This document shows, piece after piece, positions 47,281 to 61,495 of a stretch of DNA of 64,000 bases (the stretch's first letter is position 1; every line of letters begins with the position of its first letter). The notes under the pieces are model-generated. The model did not search any database. It was not told the origin of the DNA and saw only the letters and a program-made list of their open reading frames with translations. Origin of the DNA: Acidimicrobiales bacterium (GTDB lineage Bacteria > Actinomycetota > Acidimicrobiia > Acidimicrobiales > Bin134). The position numbers were made by a program, and so were the translations under genes. Location: assembly GCA_963663255.1 (NCBI GenBank), contig OY760141.1, forward strand, positions 2,253,103 through 2,317,102, read 5' to 3'.

Positions 47281-48758
47281 GGTCGCGCTCCGATGTCGAG
47301 AAAGTGGACGACTTTGGTCCGGGTGTAGCTGATCAGCGACTCCATCGACCCCTCTGCTCCCAGCCCAGAGTCCTTGTATCCCCCGAACGGGGTTTCCAAG
47401 AAGTGCTGGCCTCGCCCGTTGATCCATACGCATCCGGCCTGCACCCGGCGGGCGGCATCCATGGCCCAGTCCAAGTCGTCGGTGATGATGTTGGCGGTAA
47501 GCCCGTAGCGGGTGGCATTGGCTTGGGCGATGAGGTCGTCTCTGTCGTGCCATTCCAGCACCGACAGCACCGGACCGAATATCTCCTCGGTGGCGATGAC
47601 ATGGCCGGGCGTCACCTGGTCAAACAGCGTGGGTGCGAGGTAATACCCGCCCTCGGGCACACCCCCTGGGGTGCCTCCACCCCGGACCAGTCGGGCACCC
47701 TCTGATTTCCCGGTCTCCACGTAGCCGCGCACCCGGCGGAGCTGGGGCTCGGAGACCAGCGGCCCCATCGTGGTTGCCGGATCGAGGGGGTCGCCCACCT
47801 TGACTTGGTCGAGCCGGGCGGCCACTGCGTCCACCACGTCATCGCGCATTCCAGCCGGCACATACAGCCGCGATGTCGACCCGCACGACTGTCCTTGAGA
47901 AGACTCGAAGTTCATGCCCCCCACCGCTTGTTGCGCCACATAGGCGGGGTCGGCATCGGGTGCCACCAACAAAGGGTTCTTGCCTCCCAGCTCCACGGTC
48001 ACGTGCTTGACGTGGCCCGACGCCGCGGCCGCCTCCATGACCCGCAGACCGGTGGTCCCTCGGCCGGTGAAACCGATCCGGCCGATGCCCGGATGGGCCA
48101 CGAGAGCCTCGCCGGTGGTGGCCCCGTCGCCGGTGAGCACGGTGAGCACGCCGGGAGGCAGGATCTCCGCGGCCAAATACGCCACTTCCAGGGGGGAGAT
48201 CGGGGTTTGATCGGGGGCCTTCACTATCACGGTGTTGCCCGCGGCCAAAGGGGCGGCCGCGTGGAAGAGGGTGAACATAAGCGGGTGATTGAACGGCAGG
48301 ATGCGGGCCACCACGCCATAGGGTTCTCGCAGGGTCAGATGGAGGCCGTTAGCCGACGCCGGAAGGGTCTTGCCGTGCAGTTCCCGGGCGATGCCGGCGA
48401 AGTAGTCCAGGGCGTCGGCTCCGTAGACAACGTCGTTGCGCATGGCAGCCAATGGGTTACCGCTGTCCATGGCGTCGATCCGGGCCATTCGCTCGGCTTG
48501 ACCCCGTACCGCATCGGCCAGATCGCGCAGATACCGCCCCCGTTCAGCCGCCGAGAGACCAGCCCAGGCTTGCTGGGCGTCGGTGGCCGCCGCTACGGCT
48601 AGATCCACTTCTTCGGCATCAGCCAGCGGCACCTCGGCCACCGTCTCTCCGGTGCCCGGCGCGGTGGCGGGCATGAGAGTGCTCGCGGTGACCTCGCGGT
48701 CTCCAACCACTAGCGGGTAGCGGTCGCGAATAGCAGCCTCGGGGAACCCGGCAGTCAT
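47277..48758 (-). CDS. NAD(P)-dependent aldehyde dehydrogenase
   Basis: VTVELGGKNP (catalytic Glu) and SQGQSCGSTSR (catalytic Cys). Confidence 0.9.
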   Translation of the reverse strand: MTAGFPEAAIRDRYPLVVGDREVTASTLMPATAPGTGETVAEVPLADAEEVDLAVAAATDAQQAWAGLSAAERGRYLRDLADAVRGQAERMARIDAMDSGNPLAAMRNDVVYGADALDYFAGIARELHGKTLPASANGLHLTLREPYGVVARILPFNHPLMFTLFHAAAPLAAGNTVIVKAPDQTPISPLEVAYLAAEILPPGVLTVLTGDGATTGEALVAHPGIGRIGFTGRGTTGLRVMEAAAASGHVKHVTVELGGKNPLLVAPDADPAYVAQQAVGGMNFESSQGQSCGSTSRLYVPAGMRDDVVDAVAARLDQVKVGDPLDPATTMGPLVSEPQLRRVRGYVETGKSEGARLVRGGGTPGGVPEGGYYLAPTLFDQVTPGHVIATEEIFGPVLSVLEWHDRDDLIAQANATRYGLTANIITDDLDWAMDAARRVQAGCVWINGRGQHFLETPFGGYKDSGLGAEGSMESLISYTRTKVVHFLDIGARP

Positions 48759-49843
48759 GGCTCAATCACCGGCTTCATCTCCGTGCCAGCCCTCATGGCG
48801 GCTAGGGCGTCGGCCACCTGATCCAGCGAGTAGGTCTTCGAGCACACCACCGATTCCAACTCCAGCCCACCCCCATGACGATCCAAGAACTGAAGGGCGT
48901 CGTGGAAGTGGGAGATGTCGGCCGAAAGGGAGGTTCGCACCGTGAGCTGGCGGACCTTCATGGCTGTGGTCGGCACCGGGACTGATTGTCCGTGGGCCTG
49001 GCCGATCACCATGAGCGCGCCACCGGCCCGTACCATCTCCATTCCCTCGGTAAAGGCGTCGGGAGGCCCCGCGCACTCGAACACCACGTCGGCGCCTCGG
49101 CCGCCGGTCAGGTTGCGGACTGCCTCGATTCGCTCCTCGGGCTCAGTGTGGTCGATATCGATGCGCGTGGTGAGACCCCACTTCTCGGTGGCCGCTAGCC
49201 GGGAGGCGGGCGCACCAATGAGCACCACTTGGTGGGCCCCGCTGTGCAGGGCCGCCGCCGCGCACAGAACGCCCACCGGGCCGGCACCGAGCACGGCCAC
49301 GGTGTCGCTGAAGCGGACGCGGGGTAGGCGGTCTAGGGCGTGCATCACCGTGCGGAGGGCGCAGGTGGCCGCCGACGCCAGCGGACTGGACACGCTGTCG
49401 GGCACCCGCAGCACCCGTGAATCGGGCGACACGTGGAGGTGCTCCGAGAATGTTCCGTTTACTGCCCCCTCCTCGTACGGCCCCCACCCGTAGCCCATGG
49501 TGTTCTCGCAAAGGGTGGGTTGTTTGGCTACTGCGCAGAAGTAGCAACGCCCGCACCAGTTGTGGGCCCAGATGATGCGGTCGCCCGGTCGCAGCGGTTG
49601 GCCACGGGCGTCGCGCTCCAATCCCGCGCCCAGCTCTAGAACTGTTCCGGTGCCCTCGTGACCCATCACCAGCGGTAAGCGGGCCAACTGCTCGAACACG
49701 CCGTCGGAGATGTGGACGTCGGTTCCGCACACCGTGGCCGCGTCGATCTTCACCAAGGCGCCCCCCGGCAGAACCGGGCCGAGCTCCAGGCGCTCGACCG
49801 CGGGACCCCGGGCATAGTCGGCCAAGACTACGGCGCGGCTCAT
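48755..49843 (-). CDS. Zinc-type medium-chain alcohol dehydrogenase/reductase
   Basis: CGTDVH, GHEGTGTV and GAGPVG motifs. Trimmed to ATG 49843. Confidence 0.85.
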   Translation of the reverse strand: MSRAVVLADYARGPAVERLELGPVLPGGALVKIDAATVCGTDVHISDGVFEQLARLPLVMGHEGTGTVLELGAGLERDARGQPLRPGDRIIWAHNWCGRCYFCAVAKQPTLCENTMGYGWGPYEEGAVNGTFSEHLHVSPDSRVLRVPDSVSSPLASAATCALRTVMHALDRLPRVRFSDTVAVLGAGPVGVLCAAAALHSGAHQVVLIGAPASRLAATEKWGLTTRIDIDHTEPEERIEAVRNLTGGRGADVVFECAGPPDAFTEGMEMVRAGGALMVIGQAHGQSVPVPTTAMKVRQLTVRTSLSADISHFHDALQFLDRHGGGLELESVVCSKTYSLDQVADALAAMRAGTEMKPVIEP

Positions 49844-49895
49844 ATTGACAACTCCACAGCCGCTCGGTCTTCCCTGTTCACCCGGTTTGTCCAAG

Positions 49896-50330
49896 TCATT
49901 CTGGGGCCTTCCGCCATATCGGGCCCCGTTCGACAACCGGGTCGAGCAGCCCCTCGGCCACCCACTCGGTGTAGGCAAAGGGATCATAGGTTTTGGCCAC
50001 CTGGCCCGGATAGCCGATGTGGTCGCGCACCACCGGGCTGAGGTAGTAGCAGGCCGCCACCACGGTGGTGAGAGCGGTGTATGCATCTTCATCCTCACAA
50101 AGGAAGGCCGACAGCCGTTCCACCGTGAACGTTGCCGGATCGAGAGCAGCCAAAGCCTCGGCCAGCGGTTGGCGCAGATCGTCGCGCCATCCCAGCACCT
50201 CGTCGAGATACGAATTCACCGCGTCCACTTCGGAGGCCGAGGGCATGCCGTGGGCCGCGGGCAACATGATGTCGGCCAACTGTTTCAATCGGTCAGCTTC
50301 GATAACGGTGCGGTTGTCGGCGGTCGTCAT
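49896..50330 (-). CDS. Gluconate 2-dehydrogenase subunit-3-like small protein (GMC partner)
   Basis: LADIMLPAAHGMPSASEVD resembles the family motif. Start-stop coupled to the upstream GMC gene. Confidence 0.55.
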   Translation of the reverse strand: MTTADNRTVIEADRLKQLADIMLPAAHGMPSASEVDAVNSYLDEVLGWRDDLRQPLAEALAALDPATFTVERLSAFLCEDEDAYTALTTVVAACYYLSPVVRDHIGYPGQVAKTYDPFAYTEWVAEGLLDPVVERGPIWRKAPE

Positions 50331-51937
50331 GCCGGGACTTTCTGCTCGCTTCGGTTTTGAACCAGCAAATCGGCAGTCCGTAACGCCAGTGCAGTGATTG
50401 TGCAGGTGGGGTTGACCCCCGAGCTGGTCACGAACACGCTGGCATCGGCGACATACAGATTGGCCACATCATGGGCCTGCTGGCGGGAGTTGACCACAGA
50501 TGCCGCCGGGTCGTCTCCCATGCGGGCCGTACCCATGAGGTGCCACCCCGAATAGGGAATCATGCTGGCCACCGCGGTCTCCCGGCATCCCGATGCTTTG
50601 AGCGATTCGGTAGCCCTCTCTTCTTGGAAGGCCATCAGCCGCCGAGAGTGGTCAGAGATCCGATAGGTCACCCGGGGCGCGGGAATGCCGTGGCTGTCGG
50701 TACGGTCCGGGTCGAGTTCCACCCGGTTGTACTTTTCGGGGAGGTCCTCCCCGAAAATGGCCCAACTCGCCCCCCGCCCAAATGTCTGTCCCATGAGCAC
50801 GTGGTGATCGGGTCCCCACACCTCGTTGCCGGCCCTCATGGGCAAAATGTGGTTGAGCGGGCCGCCGACTGGCGAAAGGGCCCACTTGGCCCCGCGCACG
50901 AACTCTCGGTCGGCGTCGGTCTCGTAAAACTGGTAGGTGGTGATGCTGGCCCCGAAGTGGCCCTGCCAGCCCTCAACCTGATCGTCCCACCATCCGGTAA
51001 CCACCGAGAACGGGTGCATCATCAAGCGCCGACCCACGAGGCCGCTGGAGTTGGCCAACCCATCAGGGCAGAAGCGGTCGTCAGCCGACAGCAACAGCAG
51101 CCGCGCTGTGCCCACGGCGTTGGCCGCCAGGATCACCACATCGGCTTCCTGATGGTGTTCGACTCCGGCATGGTCCAGCCACACGGCCCCGGTGGCCAAG
51201 CCCCGAGGCCCGATTGTGATCCGGCTGACCCGGGCCCCGGTGATGAGCCGGGCCCCGGCGGCAGTCGCCTGGGGCCAGTGGGTCAAGTCGGTGGAGGCCT
51301 TGGCCCCCTCGGCGCATCCCGAGGTGCACACTCCCCGCTGCACGCACGGCCGCCGCCCGTCGTAGGGGGCCGACAAGATGGCATTGGGCTCGGGCCACCA
51401 GTGCCATCCCAACCGGTTGTGCCCCTCGGCCACCCGCCTCCCTGCCACGCCCAGAGGCAGCGGCGGAAGCGGGTAGTCGTCATGGGGCGGGTAGGCCGGA
51501 TCGCCAGCGAGGCCGGATACGCCGATCTGGCGGTCGATGGCGTTGTAGTAGGGAACCAGATCCCGGTAGGCAATGGGCCAGTCGTCGGCCACCCCGTCCA
51601 GGGTTCGCACCCGCAGATCCGATGGGAGCATCCGCGGCCACGTTCCGGCATAGATGATCATGCTGCCCCCCACCGCGTTGTACATGAGGGGTTCTATGTC
51701 GGAGTCGTCGTGGACAACTGGATAGTCCTCCGGCCGATTCCGAACGTTGGGACTCATGGCCCAGTCCCTGCGGATGGCCAGCTCCCAGTCGGGTCGGGTG
51801 CCGGGGAACGAAGACCTATCGGGCCAATCGCCTTGCTCGAGGCAGACCACGTCGAAGCCGTGCTCGGCGAGGTGGCGCGCTGCCACCCCGCCGGATGCAC
51901 CGGCGCCGATGATGAGGACGTCGGCCCGATAGGTCAT
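50327..51937 (-). CDS. GMC family FAD-dependent oxidoreductase
   Basis: DVLIIGAGASGG FAD motif and C-terminal GMC pattern (HLMGTARMG...ANLYVADASVF). Confidence 0.9.
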   Translation of the reverse strand: MTYRADVLIIGAGASGGVAARHLAEHGFDVVCLEQGDWPDRSSFPGTRPDWELAIRRDWAMSPNVRNRPEDYPVVHDDSDIEPLMYNAVGGSMIIYAGTWPRMLPSDLRVRTLDGVADDWPIAYRDLVPYYNAIDRQIGVSGLAGDPAYPPHDDYPLPPLPLGVAGRRVAEGHNRLGWHWWPEPNAILSAPYDGRRPCVQRGVCTSGCAEGAKASTDLTHWPQATAAGARLITGARVSRITIGPRGLATGAVWLDHAGVEHHQEADVVILAANAVGTARLLLLSADDRFCPDGLANSSGLVGRRLMMHPFSVVTGWWDDQVEGWQGHFGASITTYQFYETDADREFVRGAKWALSPVGGPLNHILPMRAGNEVWGPDHHVLMGQTFGRGASWAIFGEDLPEKYNRVELDPDRTDSHGIPAPRVTYRISDHSRRLMAFQEERATESLKASGCRETAVASMIPYSGWHLMGTARMGDDPAASVVNSRQQAHDVANLYVADASVFVTSSGVNPTCTITALALRTADLLVQNRSEQKVPA

Positions 51938-51970
51938 GTTCGCTATCGAAAATCCGGAGGGGAAGAACCC

Positions 51971-52966
51971 CTATCGGAGATCGGCGTTGGTCGTGCCTTC
52001 GATGGTGTCGGCATCCACCACGATGGTGGGCGCCTGGATGAAGTAGCTCTGGCCGGTGCTGCCGGTGGTGAGGTATTGGTGAGCGACCTCAGCGGTCTGC
52101 CAACCCCACTGGTAACCCCGCAAGGCGATGGTCATATCCACGCCGGTTCCGGCCCGGATCTGATCGAACACCGCCGGCTCGCCGTCGGTGCCGCTGATGA
52201 GGATGTCGGCATGATCGATGCCCGCCTCTTCCACTGCGGTGGCGGCGCCCAGGGCCAAAGCGTCGCTGTCAGCCCAGATTCCGTCGAGGTCGGGATTGGC
52301 GGTCAACGCATCCTGAGCCAAACGGAGGCCCTCTTCAGCGGTGAAGCTGTTGGCGCTCTGGTTAAACACCACCTCGATGCCCGGGTTGGCCTCCATGGTG
52401 TGCTCGAAGCCCTCGCGGCGCTTCTCCACATACTCGCTGGCACCCGGGCCGCCGATACGGGCTATCTTGCCCGATCCGCCGAGCTGTTCGACCATCCACT
52501 CGCTCTGCTTGGTGCCCTCATCGCCCCAATCGGTTCCGATGAAGCCGATCTCCGGGGCGGCCTCCTGCACACTGTCGCCAGTGGAGAGCATGGGAATGCC
52601 AGCGGCCGCCGCCGCCTCATATGCGGGAATGAGCGCTTGGCGGTCGCCGGGCGAGGCGATGATGAGGTCGACCCCTTGGGTCACAAAGTCCTCGATTTGA
52701 GCCACTTGGTCTTCGATCACGTAGGCGGCGTCGGCCGCGACGAAGTTCCAGCAGTTGCCGGCACCGAAGTCTCTCAGCCCAGCCTCGAGGTCGCGGAAGT
52801 ACAAGATGAAGGTCGCCAAATTGGCGTATCTCACCTCATAGGTCTCCGAGCATCCTCCTTCACTGGATGCGGCGTCGTCGTCATCGTCGTTGCCGCATGC
52901 CGACGCCACCAGCCCAAAGGCCAGCAGCAGCGCCAGTAGCTTGAACAACAGGTTTCTGGTTTTCAT
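51971..52966 (-). CDS. Sugar ABC transporter substrate-binding lipoprotein (ribose-binding-protein-like)
   Basis: Signal peptide plus lipobox (LVASACG) followed by a type 1 PBP fold pattern. Confidence 0.85.
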   Translation of the reverse strand: MKTRNLLFKLLALLLAFGLVASACGNDDDDDAASSEGGCSETYEVRYANLATFILYFRDLEAGLRDFGAGNCWNFVAADAAYVIEDQVAQIEDFVTQGVDLIIASPGDRQALIPAYEAAAAAGIPMLSTGDSVQEAAPEIGFIGTDWGDEGTKQSEWMVEQLGGSGKIARIGGPGASEYVEKRREGFEHTMEANPGIEVVFNQSANSFTAEEGLRLAQDALTANPDLDGIWADSDALALGAATAVEEAGIDHADILISGTDGEPAVFDQIRAGTGVDMTIALRGYQWGWQTAEVAHQYLTTGSTGQSYFIQAPTIVVDADTIEGTTNADLR

Positions 52967-52983
52967 TTGTCCCCTCCGGGTTT

Positions 52984-54129
52984 TTATGGTTGCTCCGCCG
53001 CCGAATCGGCTGATTTGCCGGCCGGCTCAGCGGCATGGAGTTCTTGGTCGCCCGATCGGGCCGATTGCTCGGCCAGTTCGATGGCGCGGCGTTCTTCGTC
53101 GAGCTCGTGATCCACTTCCACTTCGATGGCGGTGTCCTCGCTCCGATTGGCCCACCGTTCCAGGTACCTGCGCAAGAACTGCGATGTCATGGCCAATACG
53201 AACACGACACCCAGCCATACGTCTTGCATGTTGGACGACACATTGAGCAGGTTGAGGCTGTTGCGAATCACCCCGATAAGCAGCACGCCGGCCAGGGTGC
53301 GGGGAATCGACCCCCGACCTCCGAACAGGTTGGTGCCGCCCAGTACCACGGCTGCCACTGCGTACAGCTCGGTAAGCACGGCGGCATTGGGCTGGCCAAC
53401 ATTCACCCGCCCCAGCAGTGTGAAACCGCCTACGGCAACGGCGAGTCCCCCCAGCACAAAGACGGTGACCCGCACCCGCGTGACGTTGATGCCGGCTCGG
53501 CGGGCTGCCTCGGCGTTTCCGCCCACGGCGTAGATCCGCAATCCGAACCGGGAATAGCGCAGGATGATGTGGTAGACGACGCCGAGACCCAGCGCCACCC
53601 ATATGGGCATTCTCAGCCCGATGAACTCTCCGCTCCACCACGCCTTCCAGCCGCCGGGGAGGTTGCCCACGGTATTGCCCGCGGTTATCTCCCGGGCCAA
53701 GCCCCGGGCCATGATCAACAGTCCCAGGGTGGTGATGAACGAGGGGACTTTGAGGACCGCGGTGATCAGCCCGTTGAATAGCCCGGCGGCTATGCCCACC
53801 CCCGCTCCGGCCAACAAGCCCAGCACGATGCTGTTGTTGCGGACCATGGTCTCGGCCGCCACTACCCCGATCAGGGCCAAGACCGACCCCTGGGACAGAT
53901 CCAGCTCGGCGGTGATTATCACCAGGGTCATACCGAAAGCCGCGCAGGCCAAGAACGAAGTTTGCAGCAAGATGTTCTGGAGGTTTCCGGTGGTTAGGAA
54001 CACGTCGGACTTGACGGTCATGACTGCGCCCAGGATGACCACCACGAATATGGCGAACCCCGCCTCCACCACCCGGGGAACGGCAACCCGGAACTTGTCC
54101 CAGCTCATGGCGACCGAGGGCTCGGTCAC
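52984..54129 (-). CDS. Sugar ABC transporter permease (RbsC/BPD_transp_2 type) with an acidic C-terminal tail
   Basis: Multi-TM protein with ITAELDLSQGSVLAL, typical of the family. About 60 extra C-terminal residues are rich in E/D/A. Confidence 0.9.
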   Translation of the reverse strand: MTEPSVAMSWDKFRVAVPRVVEAGFAIFVVVILGAVMTVKSDVFLTTGNLQNILLQTSFLACAAFGMTLVIITAELDLSQGSVLALIGVVAAETMVRNNSIVLGLLAGAGVGIAAGLFNGLITAVLKVPSFITTLGLLIMARGLAREITAGNTVGNLPGGWKAWWSGEFIGLRMPIWVALGLGVVYHIILRYSRFGLRIYAVGGNAEAARRAGINVTRVRVTVFVLGGLAVAVGGFTLLGRVNVGQPNAAVLTELYAVAAVVLGGTNLFGGRGSIPRTLAGVLLIGVIRNSLNLLNVSSNMQDVWLGVVFVLAMTSQFLRRYLERWANRSEDTAIEVEVDHELDEERRAIELAEQSARSGDQELHAAEPAGKSADSAAEQP

Positions 54130-54893
54130 GGTGCCACCCGCTGCTTCGACCGGCTGCGATGGTCTTCGATGCCCTCTGCTACCAGGCCGACCAATGCGTC
54201 GAGGTAGAGCACGCCGGCGTCAGCGGTGGCCCCACGGGGGTCGCCGATGACTCCGACTGGGGATAGCGCCGCCATGCCCTCAGAGCGCAGCTTGGCGCTG
54301 GCCGCGGCTGCTGGTCCTACGTGACCGGCGACTGCTGAGGCCATATCCACCCGGTCAGGGGCGATGGCCAACATGATGCTGGTTTCGAAGTGTCCGCCGT
54401 GGGTTCCGACCACTTCCCGATCCATGTTGAGCCGGGCCTCGGCTACCCGATGTACGGCGTCCCGCTGGGCGGGCCAGTCGTCAAACGACACCACTCGGGC
54501 ACGGTCGTCGGCGTCGAGCTCGGTCAGGGCCGCGGCCATTGCCCCGACGTTTCCGGCATGGCCGGTCACCAGATAGGCCCCGCGGAAACCGTGGACCAGC
54601 AGGGTTTGGATCACCTCGGCCAGGACACTGCTGAGGGTCTTGTCGCTCAAGCTGGCTGTGCCCGCGAATGCCAAGTGATGGCTGGAGGAGCCAACGGGAA
54701 TGCAGGGCGACACCATGCACTCCCCAGTTCTTCGAGCCGCCCGGTCGGCCACTGCCTCGGCGATGAGGGCGTCAGTGTCCAGGGGAAGATGCGGACCGTG
54801 CTGCTCTAGGGCGCCCAAGGGGACCATCACATCCAATGGGCCTTGGTCGAGCCGCTCGCTCAGAGCCGTCCAGCTCATCTCTCCCAGTCGCAC
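54126..54893 (-). CDS. Creatininase family amidohydrolase
   Basis: VPLGALEQHGPHLPLDTD signature. Overlaps the permease start. Confidence 0.85.
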   Translation of the reverse strand: MRLGEMSWTALSERLDQGPLDVMVPLGALEQHGPHLPLDTDALIAEAVADRAARRTGECMVSPCIPVGSSSHHLAFAGTASLSDKTLSSVLAEVIQTLLVHGFRGAYLVTGHAGNVGAMAAALTELDADDRARVVSFDDWPAQRDAVHRVAEARLNMDREVVGTHGGHFETSIMLAIAPDRVDMASAVAGHVGPAAAASAKLRSEGMAALSPVGVIGDPRGATADAGVLYLDALVGLVAEGIEDHRSRSKQRVAP

Positions 54894-54900
54894 GGGTTCC

Positions 54901-55380
54901 TCAGAGGTCGGTGAGGGCGGCGTCGAGGTAGGAGGGTTTCTGCGGGCGGCCCACGCCTATCACAACCTGCACCAAGGCCTCTTCATCAGTGTGGTTTCGC
55001 AGGCCGTGCATGATCCCGGAGGGGTTGTAGATCATCTCCCGCTCCTTCAGCACGGTGTCGAGAATCCGGCCGTCATCGTCCTCCCACCATGCGGTCAATT
55101 CGCCCTTGACCACGAAGAACACTTCCTCCACTTCGTGGGCGTGCGACGGGGCTTCGCCTCCCGGGGGCATCATCATCACCGACAGGGTGAAGTTATCGGC
55201 GGTGACGGTTCCGGGCTCGTAGTGCTTTCCGGTGATGCTGGCTCCCACCATACGGACATGGGCCCGGCGGTATTTCTCCTTCAGGTCTCCCTGAGCGGCA
55301 AACGGCTCCCAGTCCAGTTCCTTGCTTCCGTACCGCTGGATGTGCTCGTTGAACTCGTCTTCAGTGAACTCACTCGCCAT
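54901..55380 (-). CDS. Cupin domain protein
   Basis: Cupin motifs (PPGGEAPSHAHEVEEVFFVVKGEL ... NPSGIMHGLRN). Trimmed to ATG 55380. Confidence 0.7.
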   Translation of the reverse strand: MASEFTEDEFNEHIQRYGSKELDWEPFAAQGDLKEKYRRAHVRMVGASITGKHYEPGTVTADNFTLSVMMMPPGGEAPSHAHEVEEVFFVVKGELTAWWEDDDGRILDTVLKEREMIYNPSGIMHGLRNHTDEEALVQVVIGVGRPQKPSYLDAALTDL

Positions 55381-55474
55381 CTGGTTCCTCCCCCAAGGTA
55401 CTTCAGTGCTCGGTATCTTAGAGCCAAAGTTTCCTCGGCGCTTAGGACCTCCTCCTGAACCGGGGGGGTGCGAG

Positions 55475-56392
55475 CTAGATGAGCTGGCGCAGGCGTGCGA
55501 GTTCAACCACCTGCCCGGGACGGGATGGAGCCAGCAGGATGGCGCTGGCCTGGGCTTCTTCGCTTCGGTCTTTCCGACGGGCTGGTGGGACCACGGTGAT
55601 CGGCTGGCTCATGGCGAGCTCGATGATCAAACCAGCGGCCCCTTGGGTCAGATCCAGCGCATCGGATTCACGCGGAGCCGGACCGATTCCGGCCAGCGCC
55701 CGGCGGCGAAGCAGCACGGGGTCTTGGACCGCCTGGTGATCGTGCAGTACGACACCGGCGGGAACGAACACCAACCACCGCCGAGTGAGCGAGTAAAGAG
55801 AACGGGCCCCAAAGACCGCTAGGGCCGTTCCTGCCACGGTGACTGCCACTCCGGCCACCCAAAGTTCGGCGGCCAGCAGTAGCGGCCCGCTCACCACGCC
55901 TCCAACCGTGATCGCAGCCGCCGCGGGCACAGGCCCGGCCAACAGCACCGCATTCGGCCGCAGCAAGAGCCTGATCTCGTCGCCGTAAGAGATGCCGTTC
56001 ACAAACACCTGGCCCACCGGGGCGCTCAGCGAGATGGCTGCCACCGCTCCAGTAACCGCCCCCACTAGCACAACCTCATGCCATACGGCATCGCCCTTCC
56101 CCGCCCACACCAGAGCCACCACGGCAGCCGGTACCGCCAGCCGAACAAGAACCAACGTCGCCGGATGAGCCAGCAAAGAGCCCACCAGCACTGCTGCCCA
56201 CAGCGCCCACAGCCCCACCGATGCCGTCGACCGCCAGGCCGCCGAGGTGTCGCTCAACCCATCGGCCAGCACCGGCCCAGCGGTAAACGGCAACGCCGCC
56301 CACCACACCCGCACGGCCCACACCCATGCCCGATCCCCCCGGAGACCCTTCACCCACCCCACTACAGCACTTTTGACGGCCGGCAAACTCAT
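55475..56392 (-). CDS. Hypothetical integral membrane protein
   Basis: Several hydrophobic helices rich in W/A/V. ATG 56392 is preferred over the listed TTG at 56404. Confidence 0.5.
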   Translation of the reverse strand: MSLPAVKSAVVGWVKGLRGDRAWVWAVRVWWAALPFTAGPVLADGLSDTSAAWRSTASVGLWALWAAVLVGSLLAHPATLVLVRLAVPAAVVALVWAGKGDAVWHEVVLVGAVTGAVAAISLSAPVGQVFVNGISYGDEIRLLLRPNAVLLAGPVPAAAAITVGGVVSGPLLLAAELWVAGVAVTVAGTALAVFGARSLYSLTRRWLVFVPAGVVLHDHQAVQDPVLLRRRALAGIGPAPRESDALDLTQGAAGLIIELAMSQPITVVPPARRKDRSEEAQASAILLAPSRPGQVVELARLRQLI

Positions 56393-56439
56393 CTGAGGCT
56401 CCAAAGTAAAGCTGTCACTGGTTTCGATAGACTAGTGGC

Positions 56440-60481
<4,042 letters not shown>

Positions 60482-60549
60482 CCCCCTGGCAATCTGCCAT
60501 AAGAATGTCGGTTCGGAGGGGCGTCAGAAGGGGAGCCGCGGGCGCGCAC

Positions 60550-61479
60550 ATGCAACTGCTTGAACGAATTGCCACCGCGCCCATTAGCTGGGGTGTATGC
60601 GAGATGCCGGGATGGGGATACCAGCTTCCCGTCGAGGCCGTGCTGACCGAGATGTCCAAGGCCGGATTCACCCATACCGAGCTGGGCTCGCTCGGCTACT
60701 TGCCCACCGAGCCGGCTGAGCTGAGAGCCCTGCTCGAACGGCACGAACTGTCTTTGCTTGGCGGCTTTGTCCCCTTGACACTGCATGACCCATCCCAAAT
60801 TCAGAGCACCCGGAAGGCCGCCACTGAAGCAGCCGCCTTGATTGCCGGAGGCGGTGGCCGCTATTTCGTGTCATGCGCGGTCAGCCATCCCGACAATTGG
60901 CGCCAGACGCCGCTCGCTGAGCACGAAGGGCCGGTCGTGGCCGACGCCCTCGCCGAGGTCGAGCAGATTGCCGCTGAGCACGGTCTGATCCAGGCCCTCC
61001 ACCCCCATTTTGGGTCGTTGATTGAGACCAGCGCGGAGACCGAGCAGATACTCGGCGTCAGCGACGTCGCATTGGTGCTCGACACGGCGCATCTCATTTT
61101 GGGCGGTGGCGACATAGTGGATATAGCCAAGCGCCATCTGGATCGCATCGCATTGGTGCACATCAAAGACGTTGATCTGGGCACCGCAGCCCAGGTCACG
61201 GCGGGAGAGCTGTCGCTCATGCAGGGCGTGCAGCGGGGCTTGTTCCCGCCAATAGGTCAAGGAGGGTTGCCGATCGCTGAGATCGTCGACCTCCTTGAAA
61301 AGTCAGGACGCGACCTCTGGTACGTCCTGGAGCAGGATGCAGCGATAGCGGAGGGTGATCCCTCTGCCATAGCTCGGCTGAGGTTCGACGCCTGTCAGAG
61401 CATCGATTTCCTGCGAAGTCTGGAGCCCGTGTCTGCGGGTGCCGGAACCTCACAAAAGAAACAACAACAACTACCTTGA
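60550..61479 (+). CDS. Sugar phosphate isomerase/epimerase (xylose-isomerase-like TIM barrel)
   Basis: IATAPISWGV..., HPHFGSLIET, LDTAHL and VHIKDV motifs. Trimmed to ATG 60550. Confidence 0.75.
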   Translation: MQLLERIATAPISWGVCEMPGWGYQLPVEAVLTEMSKAGFTHTELGSLGYLPTEPAELRALLERHELSLLGGFVPLTLHDPSQIQSTRKAATEAAALIAGGGGRYFVSCAVSHPDNWRQTPLAEHEGPVVADALAEVEQIAAEHGLIQALHPHFGSLIETSAETEQILGVSDVALVLDTAHLILGGGDIVDIAKRHLDRIALVHIKDVDLGTAAQVTAGELSLMQGVQRGLFPPIGQGGLPIAEIVDLLEKSGRDLWYVLEQDAAIAEGDPSAIARLRFDACQSIDFLRSLEPVSAGAGTSQKKQQQLP

Positions 61480-61495
61480 GAGGGGTAACCCAATA

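Noticed and set aside
50471-52939. 822-aa ORF on the plus strand, the longest in the track.
   Set aside because: It is entirely antisense to the GMC oxidoreductase and SBP genes, both of which have clear family motifs. Its translation is a Gly/Arg/His/Val-rich low-complexity string with no motifs. This is a typical high-GC shadow ORF.
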